64,000 bases of DNA, taken from the IMG/VR virus record IMGVR_UViG_3300020166_000012. The stretch is one strand, 5' to 3'. The notes below the pieces were generated by a model that was given only the letters and a program-made list of their open reading frames with translations, was not told the origin of the DNA and ran no database searches. Positions within the stretch are counted from its first letter, which is position 1. Every line of letters starts with the position of its first letter. This DNA comes from an uncultured virus (IMG/VR IMGVR_UViG_3300020166_000012) (lineage: Duplodnaviria > Heunggongvirae > Uroviricota > Caudoviricetes). A program made the position numbers and the translations under genes. Positions 10,329-19,862 of this stretch are shown here, one piece after another.

Positions 10329-10338
10329 TTTTCTGTCC

Positions 10339-12123
10339 TTATAAAGTAAGTATTCTACTCTTATCTATTGTAACTTCATCAGCATTTTCATAATAAACAG
10401 TTTCTTCTTTTTTTACAGTTTTTGGTTTAGTGGAATTTTTATATTTTTTGAATCCCATATTTGCAGCAATTAATAGTAAAACTGCAAGTGGATCAAATAC
10501 AGAAATAATAATAATTATTACCCATCTGACAGCTTCTTCTAATAAATCTTCGGTTGCATCTTCTCTATAAATGAATTCTGCAATATATTTTACTGGTCCA
10601 ACTTCAGTTTCGTATTTACGGTATTCAGATTCTAAATTAAATTTTTCCACATATAAAGATTCTATTTCGGAATTTTTTGCGATAATAGCAGCTTCTTCAA
10701 TTGTAATTGCATTAGTATTATCAGTAGTAATTCCAATTGATAAACTATTTCTTAAGCTAACAATTAAATTTTGACTTGCTAATATTTGGGCATTTACAGT
10801 CTCTCGTATTTGGTCTATTTTAACACGGGCTTCATTAATTTTAGCACTTTCTGTGTTTTGTAATTCTTTAATTGTATTTTGGGCTATAACTCTTTTATCC
10901 CTATTCTGAATAACAAGCGTATTTTCAATATTATCAATTTTTGCTTGTATATCATTTTGAATATTATTTAATTCTTTACTAGAATCTTTTCTGATATTGC
11001 TAATAATATCTAATGCTTCTTGTTTTGAGTTATTTATTGATATCGACTGATTTCCTCTCAAGTCATTAATCAAATTGGCTAGCCGCTGTTTTTCATTATC
11101 TAACGCTGTTTGTGCAATTGATCTTAAATCTAAAATTTGATTTTGTAATTCAATAATTCTTTCTCGCTGAGATTCTATCCAAATATTATAAGCATTTCTA
11201 GTATTATTACCAAATAGCCCATCAGAGGTAACACCAATCACTGCTTGGCCTTGCTGTATTTTATCTTTATCTTTACTCTGTAGATTATTTGTTACTATAA
11301 TAATTTGATCTTCAATTTTTGCTATTTGAATTGCAATAAGTTCTGCTGAACTATTATCAATTTTTAATGTTGATAGTTTTTCTTCGTATCCAGCAGCAGT
11401 TTCGTTTATTGTTTTTAATTCATTATTAAGCAATTCTATTTGGCTTAAATATGGCGCAGTTTTTTCTTCAATGCTAGAAACATCAGCATTATTTAATTCT
11501 TTTCTATACTGATTAGTTAATGCAACCAATCGAATTAATTCATTATCAAGACTTTCAATATCCGCTTCAAAAGATGCAATTCTCTTCTGGCGATTAGAAT
11601 TTTCGGTTTCAATAATTGCTAATTGTTCATTAATTTGTGGTTCAACTCTGGCATATGCATTGTTGATACGAAGTTGTTCTTTATCTAGTTGTTCTTGTAT
11701 AGCATCATTATTAGCAAAAGCATTTTCTCCTATAGTTATAATCTTTTCTTCGGATCGTGCTATAGCAGTTTTTAATCTAGCAATATCTTCATCAATTCTT
11801 TCAATTTTAGCCAATCCATCTTTAGCGCCGGCAGTTTGCTCAATATGAGCTTTAGACAAGAAGCCAAAAATACCCATGCTTGTAATAAACATAAGCAGCA
11901 CTACCGAAAGTGTTAAATAAGATTTTAAAAGAAATGGGGTATTTTTCCAATTATCATATAACCAAGTAGCAGTTATAAGTTTACCAGCCTCTAATACGCC
12001 ACCCATAATAGCAACAGGAATAATAGCCGCTGCAAATATTGAGGTTAACCCAATTATTGAATAATACGCTGCAACTGCAGCAATTGCTAATGAGCAAATA
12101 AATGCTAAAATATTAATAAACAT
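10339..12123 (-). CDS. membrane-anchored coiled-coil protein
   Basis: Three N-terminal TM helices, long coiled coil, C-terminal TM (VFDPLAV). Confidence 0.8.
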   Translation of the reverse strand: MFINILAFICSLAIAAVAAYYSIIGLTSIFAAAIIPVAIMGGVLEAGKLITATWLYDNWKNTPFLLKSYLTLSVVLLMFITSMGIFGFLSKAHIEQTAGAKDGLAKIERIDEDIARLKTAIARSEEKIITIGENAFANNDAIQEQLDKEQLRINNAYARVEPQINEQLAIIETENSNRQKRIASFEADIESLDNELIRLVALTNQYRKELNNADVSSIEEKTAPYLSQIELLNNELKTINETAAGYEEKLSTLKIDNSSAELIAIQIAKIEDQIIIVTNNLQSKDKDKIQQGQAVIGVTSDGLFGNNTRNAYNIWIESQRERIIELQNQILDLRSIAQTALDNEKQRLANLINDLRGNQSISINNSKQEALDIISNIRKDSSKELNNIQNDIQAKIDNIENTLVIQNRDKRVIAQNTIKELQNTESAKINEARVKIDQIRETVNAQILASQNLIVSLRNSLSIGITTDNTNAITIEEAAIIAKNSEIESLYVEKFNLESEYRKYETEVGPVKYIAEFIYREDATEDLLEEAVRWVIIIIISVFDPLAVLLLIAANMGFKKYKNSTKPKTVKKEETVYYENADEVTIDKSRILTL

Positions 12124-12179
12124 TAATGACTTTCGTATATAAGTAATGTATACTTATTTATATATTAAAAGCTGTTAAA

Positions 12180-12368
12180 TTATGCTTTTTCGCCCAAAAC
12201 AAATACGCAACCAGCTTCGTAATTGGGCGGAAAAAATTTACCATCTCCGCCTAGCATTAAAGATAATACTGATCTATTGTATATACATTCATCAGGAGTA
12301 GCATATAGACCAATAGTCGATGCGTCTAATTTACCGCTAACAAATACCACATAAACTAATGCCCACAT
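12180..12368 (-). CDS. small secreted/hypothetical protein
   Basis: Hydrophobic N-terminus, two Cys. Confidence 0.55.
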   Translation of the reverse strand: MWALVYVVFVSGKLDASTIGLYATPDECIYNRSVLSLMLGGDGKFFPPNYEAGCVFVLGEKA

Positions 12369-12380
12369 TTATTTAATCCT

Positions 12381-12911
12381 TTAATCCCATAGATTTTCAT
12401 AGAAACGACCAAATAATTTAAATCCATCAGTCATTCTACCTTGATGCGCTATAGCATCTTCATTATCCCATTTATAGTCATATTCAGATATCCAACAATC
12501 TTTGCATTTTTGTTCAAACGCCCAAATCATTTCGTCTAAAATATTGTCCCATTCTTCTTCACTTAATTCATGTGGATAACTATGCTTTGTTTCTTTTAGC
12601 TGTTTAAGCATCGGTAATATAATCAAAGCAAGCGTATTATCCATACTCCATGTATCCCATGGATCTATACGAACCTTAACTTTTTGTACTCTTTTGTCTA
12701 GCCACAATCGATTAATTACATCGTATACTGACTGTACAGCATTTTCAATTTTTTCAAGAATCATTTCTTTAAACGGTTCTTGAACTGGTAGTAGTCCCTT
12801 TTGTTTATAATCAGGCCGTAACTTTTTCAGAGCATCATATTTTTTATCCATATAATTTGTATGAATATCACAAATCAATCTATTTGGATATTTTTTAATC
12901 CGTACTTTCAT
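12381..12911 (-). CDS. hypothetical phage protein
   Basis: DPWDTWSMD.TLA.IILPML motif. Confidence 0.75.
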   Translation of the reverse strand: MKVRIKKYPNRLICDIHTNYMDKKYDALKKLRPDYKQKGLLPVQEPFKEMILEKIENAVQSVYDVINRLWLDKRVQKVKVRIDPWDTWSMDNTLALIILPMLKQLKETKHSYPHELSEEEWDNILDEMIWAFEQKCKDCWISEYDYKWDNEDAIAHQGRMTDGFKLFGRFYENLWD

Positions 12912-12929
12912 AGCATATTCCTTAAATAT

Positions 12930-13421
12930 TTATATATTATTGAGTTCAGGCCAGCCGCGGCCATTTGCAATTTTATCTGCCCCGACAGAAGCGGCCCAAC
13001 TATCGGGCTTAAGCTTAGGTTCAATACCGGTCATTCCTAGTACGTATCCAGCGGCTTCATTTGCAGCACAATTTGATCCGTGTTTTGGATCAGTATTAAC
13101 ATCAAGATGAATTTCAATTTCAAACTCATCTATAAGAGGACCAATTTGATAATAAAGTTCACATACTTTTTGAACCTCTTTCATCATTCGCATTTTTGGT
13201 CTATTTGGTTTCATATCATAATTTGGCTCTTTACTGATATGAGAAAATATTTTGCAACCGTTATTTCCATTTTTATGTACAATTAAAACTGTTGCATATC
13301 GAGCCATAGAAATATTATTTTTTGAATATCTAATAGAATCGCAGCCCAAATACACTTTTGTATCCGGGCTGCACTCCAGAAGGAGTTCTATAATATTATT
13401 AATTTGTATATCCGTAAACAT
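12930..13421 (-). CDS. RNase H-like YkuK/DUF458 family protein
   Basis: VYLGCDS, EIHLDVN, AS..ADK. Confidence 0.8.
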   Translation of the reverse strand: MFTDIQINNIIELLLECSPDTKVYLGCDSIRYSKNNISMARYATVLIVHKNGNNGCKIFSHISKEPNYDMKPNRPKMRMMKEVQKVCELYYQIGPLIDEFEIEIHLDVNTDPKHGSNCAANEAAGYVLGMTGIEPKLKPDSWAASVGADKIANGRGWPELNNI

Positions 13422-13422
13422 C

Positions 13423-13719
13423 TTACATGATTAGCTTACCCGCAACAGGATCTGTAATAATTCCTGATGTGGCTTCTTGATATGGCGCTGTTAACTGTTC
13501 AGATGTTTTTGTCATGAGACAATAATTATAAATTGTAATTTCTGCAGGATTTTCTTCGCCGGACATAGCCATAGTTTGAGCAAAGCCAATTCCCTGTTCA
13601 GTCGGCATAACCATAAATGGCTTACCAAGTTTTACAAATCTGTCATCGAAATCTAAAAGCTTACCCAAATATTCTCGGCCATTATCTACAACAACAGTCA
13701 CAACGTCATTCACATTCAT
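13423..13719 (-). CDS. Sm-like/SH3-fold small protein
   Basis: VVTV...GREYLGKL...L.KP...Y...TSGI. Confidence 0.55.
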   Translation of the reverse strand: MNVNDVVTVVVDNGREYLGKLLDFDDRFVKLGKPFMVMPTEQGIGFAQTMAMSGEENPAEITIYNYCLMTKTSEQLTAPYQEATSGIITDPVAGKLIM

Positions 13720-13832
13720 TTTATTTACCTATCCATAACTTATTTTATATAATAAGCAGTTTAGTGTCTTGCTTAGGACATTCTGGGCACCATTCATTTA
13801 ATTATTTTAAAAGAGAAATGAAACTCTAAATA

Positions 13833-13909
13833 TGGTACTCCCCGAGGGACTCGAACCCCCAACCTAAGCGTTATGAGCACTCAGCTCTAACCAATTGAGC
13901 TAGAGGAGT
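13833..13909 (-). tRNA. tRNA-CAT (Ile2 or elongator Met)
   Basis: Cloverleaf, CT-CAT-AA loop, TTCGA, encoded CCA; lacks the initiator G-C triplet. Confidence 0.9.
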
Positions 13910-13914
13910 ATATT

Positions 13915-13998
13915 TGGTGGGGGGTAATGGAATCGAACCATTCGTGAGTCACCTCGGCGGAGTTACAGTCCGCTGCCACACCTTGTAGCATACCCCCC
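13915..13998 (-). tRNA. tRNA-Tyr(GTA)
   Basis: CT-GTA-AC loop, long variable arm, TTCGA, CCA. Confidence 0.9.
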
Positions 13999-14079
13999 GA
14001 TTATATAATTGGACCCTTATTCATTATCCGATTACCGGCAGTCTATATCAGGTCTCACCCGCTGGAGGGTGTAGTGTTT

Positions 14080-14110
14080 TGGTATGGGTGGTGTGATTCG
14101 ACCCCACATT
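14080..14110 (-). pseudogene. 3' tRNA fragment (degenerate T-arm plus CCA)
   Basis: GTGGGGTCGAATCACACCACCCATACCA with no 5' half. Confidence 0.45.
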
Positions 14111-14275
14111 ATTCTTTTTAGCGATCTTTAATTTCATAAACTTCTTTATAGATATTACCAATATCTTTTGCCCCTTGATTATAACCAACAAGCCATCCAA
14201 TTGCGCCGCCACAAATAACTAAACAACCAGCAATTAAAACCATTTCCATAGTAAACCCCATTATATATTTTTAAT

Positions 14276-14350
14276 TGGCTCCCCAACTTGGATTCGAACC
14301 AAGGACACACGGATTAACAGTCCGATGCTCTACCGCTGAGCTATTGGGGA
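14276..14350 (-). tRNA. tRNA-Asn(GTT)
   Basis: CT-GTT-AA loop, G discriminator, CCA. Confidence 0.93.
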
Positions 14351-14376
14351 ATATTATAATATTATATATCTTTTAA

Positions 14377-14997
14377 TTAAGATGATGTTTCGAGAGAATT
14401 GCCATTTTTATCACATTCAGTAATAACTGGATTACAACGCATTTCAAAATAATTTTCTACAAAAGTCCAACCCAATGCTTCAATACCTTCTTGATAGTCT
14501 TCATCGTACGTCGCTTCAATTTCGTCTATCATTTTATCAACATCTGAAAGCTTAGGTCCACTTGTTCTAATGTCCCAAATGTCTTCCCAAAAACAATCAT
14601 CTACACAAATCATTTCGGCATCTGGATAGTCTTCAGTAATATCAACATATTCCTCATCTATAGATGGTACTAACATTTTATGCATAATTTGAAATGGGGC
14701 CATATCCGGATCTACAATAATATTATTGGATTCATCAATAATATGAAACCCATGTTGATCAGCAACATCTTCAATATTATTATAATATTCAGATGCATTA
14801 ATCCATTCAGCAATTTCGGCATCAGTTTCCGGCACTTCAATTAACCACTCACCCCAACGCCATCCCATTTCTTTTGAAAGATAGGCCCATTTACCAATAT
14901 CTTTTTCATCGTTAGTTAATTCGTTAAGCGGGCGTTTAAAAGTATAAATTTCAGTAATAGCTTTTTTATAAGAAGATTCTAATTTATAATATTTCAT
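14377..14997 (-). CDS. acidic hypothetical protein
   Basis: 206-aa ORF with GWRWG motif. Confidence 0.75.
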   Translation of the reverse strand: MKYYKLESSYKKAITEIYTFKRPLNELTNDEKDIGKWAYLSKEMGWRWGEWLIEVPETDAEIAEWINASEYYNNIEDVADQHGFHIIDESNNIIVDPDMAPFQIMHKMLVPSIDEEYVDITEDYPDAEMICVDDCFWEDIWDIRTSGPKLSDVDKMIDEIEATYDEDYQEGIEALGWTFVENYFEMRCNPVITECDKNGNSLETSS

Positions 14998-15022
14998 ACT
15001 GTTAATCCTATAATTAATTTGG

Positions 15023-15096
15023 TGGAGCGGGTAAGGAGAATCGAACTCCTATCATCAGATTGGAAATCTGAGGTCTTACCATTACACAATACCCGC
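15023..15096 (-). tRNA. tRNA-Gly(TCC)
   Basis: GCGGGTA acceptor, TT-TCC-AA loop, U discriminator, CCA. Confidence 0.93.
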
Positions 15097-15143
15097 TTAA
15101 TATTATTCTTCCATCAACGATTTGAGTTTTTTAGCTTCTTGAG

Positions 15144-15495
15144 CTTGTTTTTCAATAGCTCTATTTACAATCCCAATATTCTACGAACAGCCACAGGATC
15201 ATCGGTCATAATGCTGCCACCGTCATTCATCTGCTTCCCAATACCTACAATAAAAGTGTTTGCCACACGCATCAATCTCTGCTTGTGGATAACCTTGTTC
15301 CAACAGCCAAGGAATAATACTCTCATCTTCGAGGAAGTCTGCTGGCAAGGGCTTAGGAAACCCATACTTCCATCCGCTGGGCGGATCACACATCAATAGT
15401 TTCGACATCTTGTTTTTCAATAGCTCTATTTACAATCCCAATATTCTACGAACAGCCACAGGATCATCAGTCATAATGCTGCCACCGTCATTCAT
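15144..15495. repeat. 87-bp direct repeat (15144-15230 and 15409-15495) flanking a small ORF
   Basis: Copies are identical except for one base (atcgg/atcag). Confidence 0.9.
15223..15408 (-). CDS. small hypothetical protein (DPPSGWKYGFPK)
   Basis: ORF fills the interval between the direct repeats. Confidence 0.7.
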   Translation of the reverse strand: MSKLLMCDPPSGWKYGFPKPLPADFLEDESIIPWLLEQGYPQAEIDACGKHFYCRYWEADE

Positions 15496-15636
15496 ATGCT
15501 CTACAATTTGTTCAAAATAAAAGCGAGCATCCGCATCTTCATCCAAAAGGCTAGCTGCAGTTCGAAAGAAGTTACGTAACTTCATATCACTTGTGCCATC
15601 ATTGGCCGCCGCTTTATATGTTTTACCTCGTCTCAT
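15430..15636 (-). CDS. hypothetical protein
   Basis: Probable start MRRGKTYK. Confidence 0.6.
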   Translation of the reverse strand: MRRGKTYKAAANDGTSDMKLRNFFRTAASLLDEDADARFYFEQIVEHMNDGGSIMTDDPVAVRRILGL

Positions 15637-15783
15637 CTTTAATAAAGCATCCTCATACAAGTAAAGAAGCTGTTTTCTTCTAAACAGTCGCTCCAGATGT
15701 GTGTTGAGTACCATCCAATCAATACAAGACCAAGTGTAATTGCAATTCCATAAATTAACTTTTCCATTGTTATTTCCTCTTAT

Positions 15784-15867
15784 TGGTACCCGCGGCCGGA
15801 CTCGAACCGGCACGCCTTACGGCCACAGATTTTAAGTCTGTTATGTCTACCATTCCATCACGCGGGC
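15784..15867 (-). tRNA. tRNA-Leu(TAA)
   Basis: CT-TAA-AA loop, long variable arm, CCA. Confidence 0.93.
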
Positions 15868-15873
15868 TAACTC

Positions 15874-16101
15874 TTATTTGTCCATCAATTCAGCTTTACG
15901 CTTTTCAACAGCTGCAAGTCGCTGTGCTTCTAATTCGATACCAGCTTCTTTATCACGACCCATAACCAGCAAAATGATTGCCGAAATAAGAGGCGAAATC
16001 AATAGTGCGACTACAAACCAAAGCCATCCATTTCGGCCCCAATTGTTAGCCCAATAGCCAACTAGTGCTGAAAACACTACTGCAATTAAAATAATATCCA
16101 T
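15874..16101 (-). CDS. small two-TM membrane protein
   Basis: GRNGWLWFVVALLISPL. Confidence 0.75.
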   Translation of the reverse strand: MDIILIAVVFSALVGYWANNWGRNGWLWFVVALLISPLISAIILLVMGRDKEAGIELEAQRLAAVEKRKAELMDK

Positions 16102-16130
16102 TTACTCTTCCTTAAACTTTTTTCGATGTT

Positions 16131-16164
16131 TGGAGTCAAGCCAGGGAATCGAACCCACTTACCC
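16131..16164 (-). pseudogene. 3' tRNA fragment (T-arm, acceptor strand, CCA)
   Basis: GGGTTCGATTCCCTGGCTTGACTCCA with no D or anticodon arm. Confidence 0.5.
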
Positions 16165-16190
16165 ATTTTTATCTCTTACACAATACTTTA

Positions 16191-16269
16191 TGGTGATCTC
16201 TGTAGGACTCGAACCTACGACCTAGTGCTTAGAAGGCACTTGCTCTAAATCCTGCTGAGCTAAGAGACC
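16191..16269 (-). tRNA. tRNA-Arg(TCT)
   Basis: CT-TCT-AA loop, TTCGA, CCA. Confidence 0.93.
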
Positions 16270-16297
16270 ATCAAAAAATATTTTATCTTATAATAAT

Positions 16298-16327
16298 ATA
16301 ATAACACATTTAAAATGGAAAGTAAAC
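16298..16327 (-). promoter_or_regulatory. early promoter for the tRNA cluster
   Basis: GTTTACT-N17-TATTAT just upstream of tRNA-Arg. Confidence 0.65.
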
Positions 16328-16438
16328 TGTTATTTGCAATTTATTTAAATAAAAATTTTATAATATACACCCACAAATTAAACAATTTTGCGCTAGATTA
16401 ATTTGCGGATGTACTCTATTATTTTAATATAGATGAAA

Positions 16439-16711
16439 TTATGCAATTGCTTCTTTATAAGAAACAAGATTTTCCCAGCGAAATGAACGCCATCCTTCAG
16501 CTTTAACATCATAAACAGCCAAAATATCTGGATTAGATTTTTTAGATTTCTTTTCAATATGCTCTTCAACATCAATTTGTTGTGGAAGCAAATCTTCTTT
16601 GAGCGTACAGGTCATTATACGCGTATCACCATTTACTTTAGTAAATGTAATTTCAAACAAACCGCTGTGGAGCGCTTGTTTTAATTCATCTCTATTGATA
16701 GTGTCAATCAT
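16439..16711 (-). CDS. WYL-like SH3 beta-barrel protein
   Basis: FTKVNGDTRIMTCTL...VYDVKAEGWRSFR. Confidence 0.8.
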   Translation of the reverse strand: MIDTINRDELKQALHSGLFEITFTKVNGDTRIMTCTLKEDLLPQQIDVEEHIEKKSKKSNPDILAVYDVKAEGWRSFRWENLVSYKEAIA

Positions 16712-16903
16712 AATATAGTTCTCTCCTTAATTATCATGCATTTGTTCTAAAACAGAATCAATATTTTTATCTAAGTCTTCAACAAAGAAAACTAATTCAT
16801 TTAAAAGATCTTCACGCGATTTACCGAATGTTTCGGCTCTGCGCATAATAGATGTTATGCGCTCTTTTACCATCATGCTTGTCACGACGTCCATAATATA
16901 CTC

Positions 16904-17305
16904 CTAATTATATACAATTGGCTTTAAATGTGTAACAAATAAAGCTTCAGCAGTCAATCGATCATGTTTTGTATTAATACCTAAATCTTCTGCAGATATA
17001 TATTTTAACATAAAACAATGATCTTGTAAACTATGTTTAGTAAATTTTATTCCAGATCTTTCTGCAATGTTTTCGGGATTATTCATTGACATTTTATGAC
17101 GAGCAATGCGCGCCTTAATGCAATCGCCAGTTTCTCCAACATATGCCAATGTGCCATCTTCAAGATATATAAAATAAATACCAGCAATTTTGCTGCATAT
17201 ATTGTATCGAACATACTTTTCAAATCTAGAAAAGGTTGTTGGCATAGTTTTCATTTTGTGTATATTGGCATTGGTATATAATTCTGCAATTTCATTAATA
17301 TGCAT
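16904..17305 (-). CDS. GIY-YIG nuclease
   Basis: GIYFIY...YVGET...RIARH...E...N; own early promoter at 17349-17378. Confidence 0.75.
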   Translation of the reverse strand: MHINEIAELYTNANIHKMKTMPTTFSRFEKYVRYNICSKIAGIYFIYLEDGTLAYVGETGDCIKARIARHKMSMNNPENIAERSGIKFTKHSLQDHCFMLKYISAEDLGINTKHDRLTAEALFVTHLKPIVYN

Positions 17306-17543
17306 GATGATAGTCCCTCAATTACGTAAACATTTTTACCATTACACCTTTATAACATATAAGAAAAGGAATGTACACAGTTAATTTACAAATAACTGTA
17401 TTTTTTTAGCATTTATTTGTAATTGAGACATTTTTGTATCGGTAATATTTGGATCTTTTTTTACTGTAGTCCATCCAGTAAGTGCTGACATATCAGCGGC
17501 GGTACAATCATCACACGGGTCATCTAATGGCATAGTATCATCT

Positions 17544-17936
17544 TTATTTTCTAAAGTATTCATCTGCAAGTTTTTCCTGTAAATAGAATGCTTCTATTTC
17601 CCAAGGTAATTCATTATAATTACAATCATATACTATATTATTCCAAGTTTTTTTATCAACATTATATTGTTTAAAAGCAATTTGTTTAACATGTACCAAT
17701 TCATGAAATAGTGTTTCAATCATATCATTTATAGTTAAATCTTTATTTATCTCTATAACAAATTCTAAATTATTTGGTTCTTCTTGATCGCACGATCCCC
17801 AAAGATTGCTCTCACTATCGATATATTGTATATCTATTGAAATATTTTCGGGCAAGCCCAAATTATCTGAAGCAAAGCATATGGCGCTATCTAATTCAGA
17901 AATACTCAATACGCCTTCTTCGGCATAATAAATCAC
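17544..17936 (-). CDS. zinc metallopeptidase (HExxH)
   Basis: TLFHELVHVKQ...PWEIEA. Confidence 0.85.
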   Translation of the reverse strand: MIYYAEEGVLSISELDSAICFASDNLGLPENISIDIQYIDSESNLWGSCDQEEPNNLEFVIEINKDLTINDMIETLFHELVHVKQIAFKQYNVDKKTWNNIVYDCNYNELPWEIEAFYLQEKLADEYFRK

Positions 17937-18538
17937 TTTTTAGTGCTTCTTACAATTTCAATATTTTTGGGCTGTTTAATAAAAAGCTCACCCTTCGGAT
18001 GATAAAGTACAAATTTAGTTTGCTCTTTAAATTCGTCAAAAATGCCTTTAAAAATAGGGCGCCATTTAGCAGTTAGTCGTTGGGTGTTCATATTTTCACG
18101 ATCCGATGGTAAAAACATATCAGATGTACTAGTAATATCAAATCCAAAAAGAGAATCAAATCCATACATATGCACTTCAGTAGCTTTTAATTCATTGCAG
18201 ATCCAATGCAAACCCATATGACCACAATTAAAATCAGTGTGATTTGCGGCGTATTTTGGAAGATGCGTATAAAATTGTTTAATTTGGCCGCTTCTTTTCA
18301 TATAAAAATTTGGTTTCATTTCCATAAATTTCTTTGGGCGCGCCCCAAGAACCCAATCACCAGGCACATCAATCTCGCCTTGATAAATGGAATTCATCAT
18401 TTTAAAATCTACAATAACACTAGTATATACATTTTCTACCGCAAAGGGTGGAATATTACATACTACTTTTAATCCAGTAGCAGGCACGTACATTGCGGAC
18501 GATCTACCATTGCCAATTAAGTGAACTACTTTAGCCAT
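17933..18538 (-). CDS. sugar-modification protein (GT29/DUF115-like Rossmann fold)
   Basis: HLIGNGRS, VCN, MYGFD. Confidence 0.55.
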   Translation of the reverse strand: MAKVVHLIGNGRSSAMYVPATGLKVVCNIPPFAVENVYTSVIVDFKMMNSIYQGEIDVPGDWVLGARPKKFMEMKPNFYMKRSGQIKQFYTHLPKYAANHTDFNCGHMGLHWICNELKATEVHMYGFDSLFGFDITSTSDMFLPSDRENMNTQRLTAKWRPIFKGIFDEFKEQTKFVLYHPKGELFIKQPKNIEIVRSTKK

Positions 18539-19202
18539 TTGTTTTTTCCATTTGTCGCATTATCTCTTTTTTTCCTTTTGGTCCAGTCCAATGGATAGCT
18601 CGTTTTTTATTGCTATCATGTCCATCAACAAGTTGTAATCTAAGCCAATTATATTCATTTGGTAATGTATTAATATATATTATGCGATCTAAAGGAGATT
18701 TTAACATAGAATGCAATACCTCCTGATCCCCAACAATTGGCGAAGTCTTTACGGTTTCTACCCATTTGTTTAAAATTTTAGGATTACCGGATACGCCAAC
18801 TAAACCAGAATTATGCCATGTTTCTCCGCGTCGTTTAGACCAAGGCAAATCTTCTACCATATTTAATTTACTTGGTTCAAAATAATTAAATACATCACCC
18901 ATATCTTGCAAAATTTCAAAGTCAGTATCAATCCAACAAGCAGAATTGGCCAATTTTGCCGCTGTGGCGATTGTAGCAGGTTTTTTAAACCAACCAGCTT
19001 CAGATAAATGCGTCATATCTAAAATAGTATCAACATTATTATTAGCATAGGTAAGAATATTGGAACTACATCCAAAGTCCGCAAAAACTAATGGTATGCT
19101 TATATGAGCGGTATAGTTTTTAATAAACCATGGAAGCATCCATTCAGTTTTTGAATCGCATCCAGTAATAAAGCATTTATCAAATAAGTTCATATTGTCC
19201 AT
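18531..19202 (-). CDS. GT-A glycosyltransferase-like protein
   Basis: GWFKKP, WIDTD, NSG, GDQE, HWTG. Confidence 0.7.
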   Translation of the reverse strand: MDNMNLFDKCFITGCDSKTEWMLPWFIKNYTAHISIPLVFADFGCSSNILTYANNNVDTILDMTHLSEAGWFKKPATIATAAKLANSACWIDTDFEILQDMGDVFNYFEPSKLNMVEDLPWSKRRGETWHNSGLVGVSGNPKILNKWVETVKTSPIVGDQEVLHSMLKSPLDRIIYINTLPNEYNWLRLQLVDGHDSNKKRAIHWTGPKGKKEIMRQMEKTNG

Positions 19203-19827
19203 CCTTATACTGGTGTTTAGCCAAACAGCCAGGTGTTAGTTGAATAGTTGAAAATGAATCCTGAGCTTCTACCGGCCATGGATAAAATTCTTCTATCCAC
19301 GGAAACCAACTGTTATTAATAAAAACATCAGTTGGCTTGGCACTAATTTTAGCTTGTTTAATTAATGCTTCTGCACCCTTTGGTTTAATCTTATAGGCAT
19401 GCGCGCCCGGTAAATAGTTTTTAGAAACTAGGGGATTTACACCAATTTTCATTGGTATATTAAATTTCCCATATGAAGGGTGTCCATATGAAAGTAATTT
19501 ATTATATGGTTGAAATTCATTAATAGGTGAATGTACTACAGCATCATGCTCAAAAATTAATATTTCTTCATTGTGTTCTACTGAATATTCCCATAGCGAA
19601 TGATGCGAAAGAAATGCTGCTACACATCGGTCGAGTCTAGAATACACTTCTTGAAATCCGCTAATTGGTATATCTTTTGATTTTAAGATTTCAATTGGAT
19701 TATCTGCTGGAGTAATAGCTTTCCAATTTTTTACTTCAATACCATATGAATTTGCAGAGTCAATACAATTTTGCGCTGCTTTCACCGATTGTGGTATATC
19801 CATTATAGTTATAACATATGATTTCAT
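19180..19827 (-). CDS. glycosyltransferase family 25-like protein
   Basis: FLSHHSLW, ILIFEHDA, GAHAY. Confidence 0.8.
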   Translation of the reverse strand: MKSYVITIMDIPQSVKAAQNCIDSANSYGIEVKNWKAITPADNPIEILKSKDIPISGFQEVYSRLDRCVAAFLSHHSLWEYSVEHNEEILIFEHDAVVHSPINEFQPYNKLLSYGHPSYGKFNIPMKIGVNPLVSKNYLPGAHAYKIKPKGAEALIKQAKISAKPTDVFINNSWFPWIEEFYPWPVEAQDSFSTIQLTPGCLAKHQYKDGQYELI

Positions 19828-19862
19828 TATTTAATTATACCCTATATTCAATAAAAAGTAAA

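Noticed and set aside
15020..15025. Encoded CCACCA end on tRNA-Gly as a decay signal
   Set aside because: Single occurrence with a well-paired acceptor stem; probably chance.
15165..15389. 74-aa ORF sharing its C-terminus with the 15430 ORF
   Set aside because: By-product of the 87-bp duplication; it overlaps a better ORF in another frame.
15019..15399. Plus-strand ORF of 126 aa (also 15783-15965)
   Set aside because: Antisense to tRNA genes; shadow ORFs.
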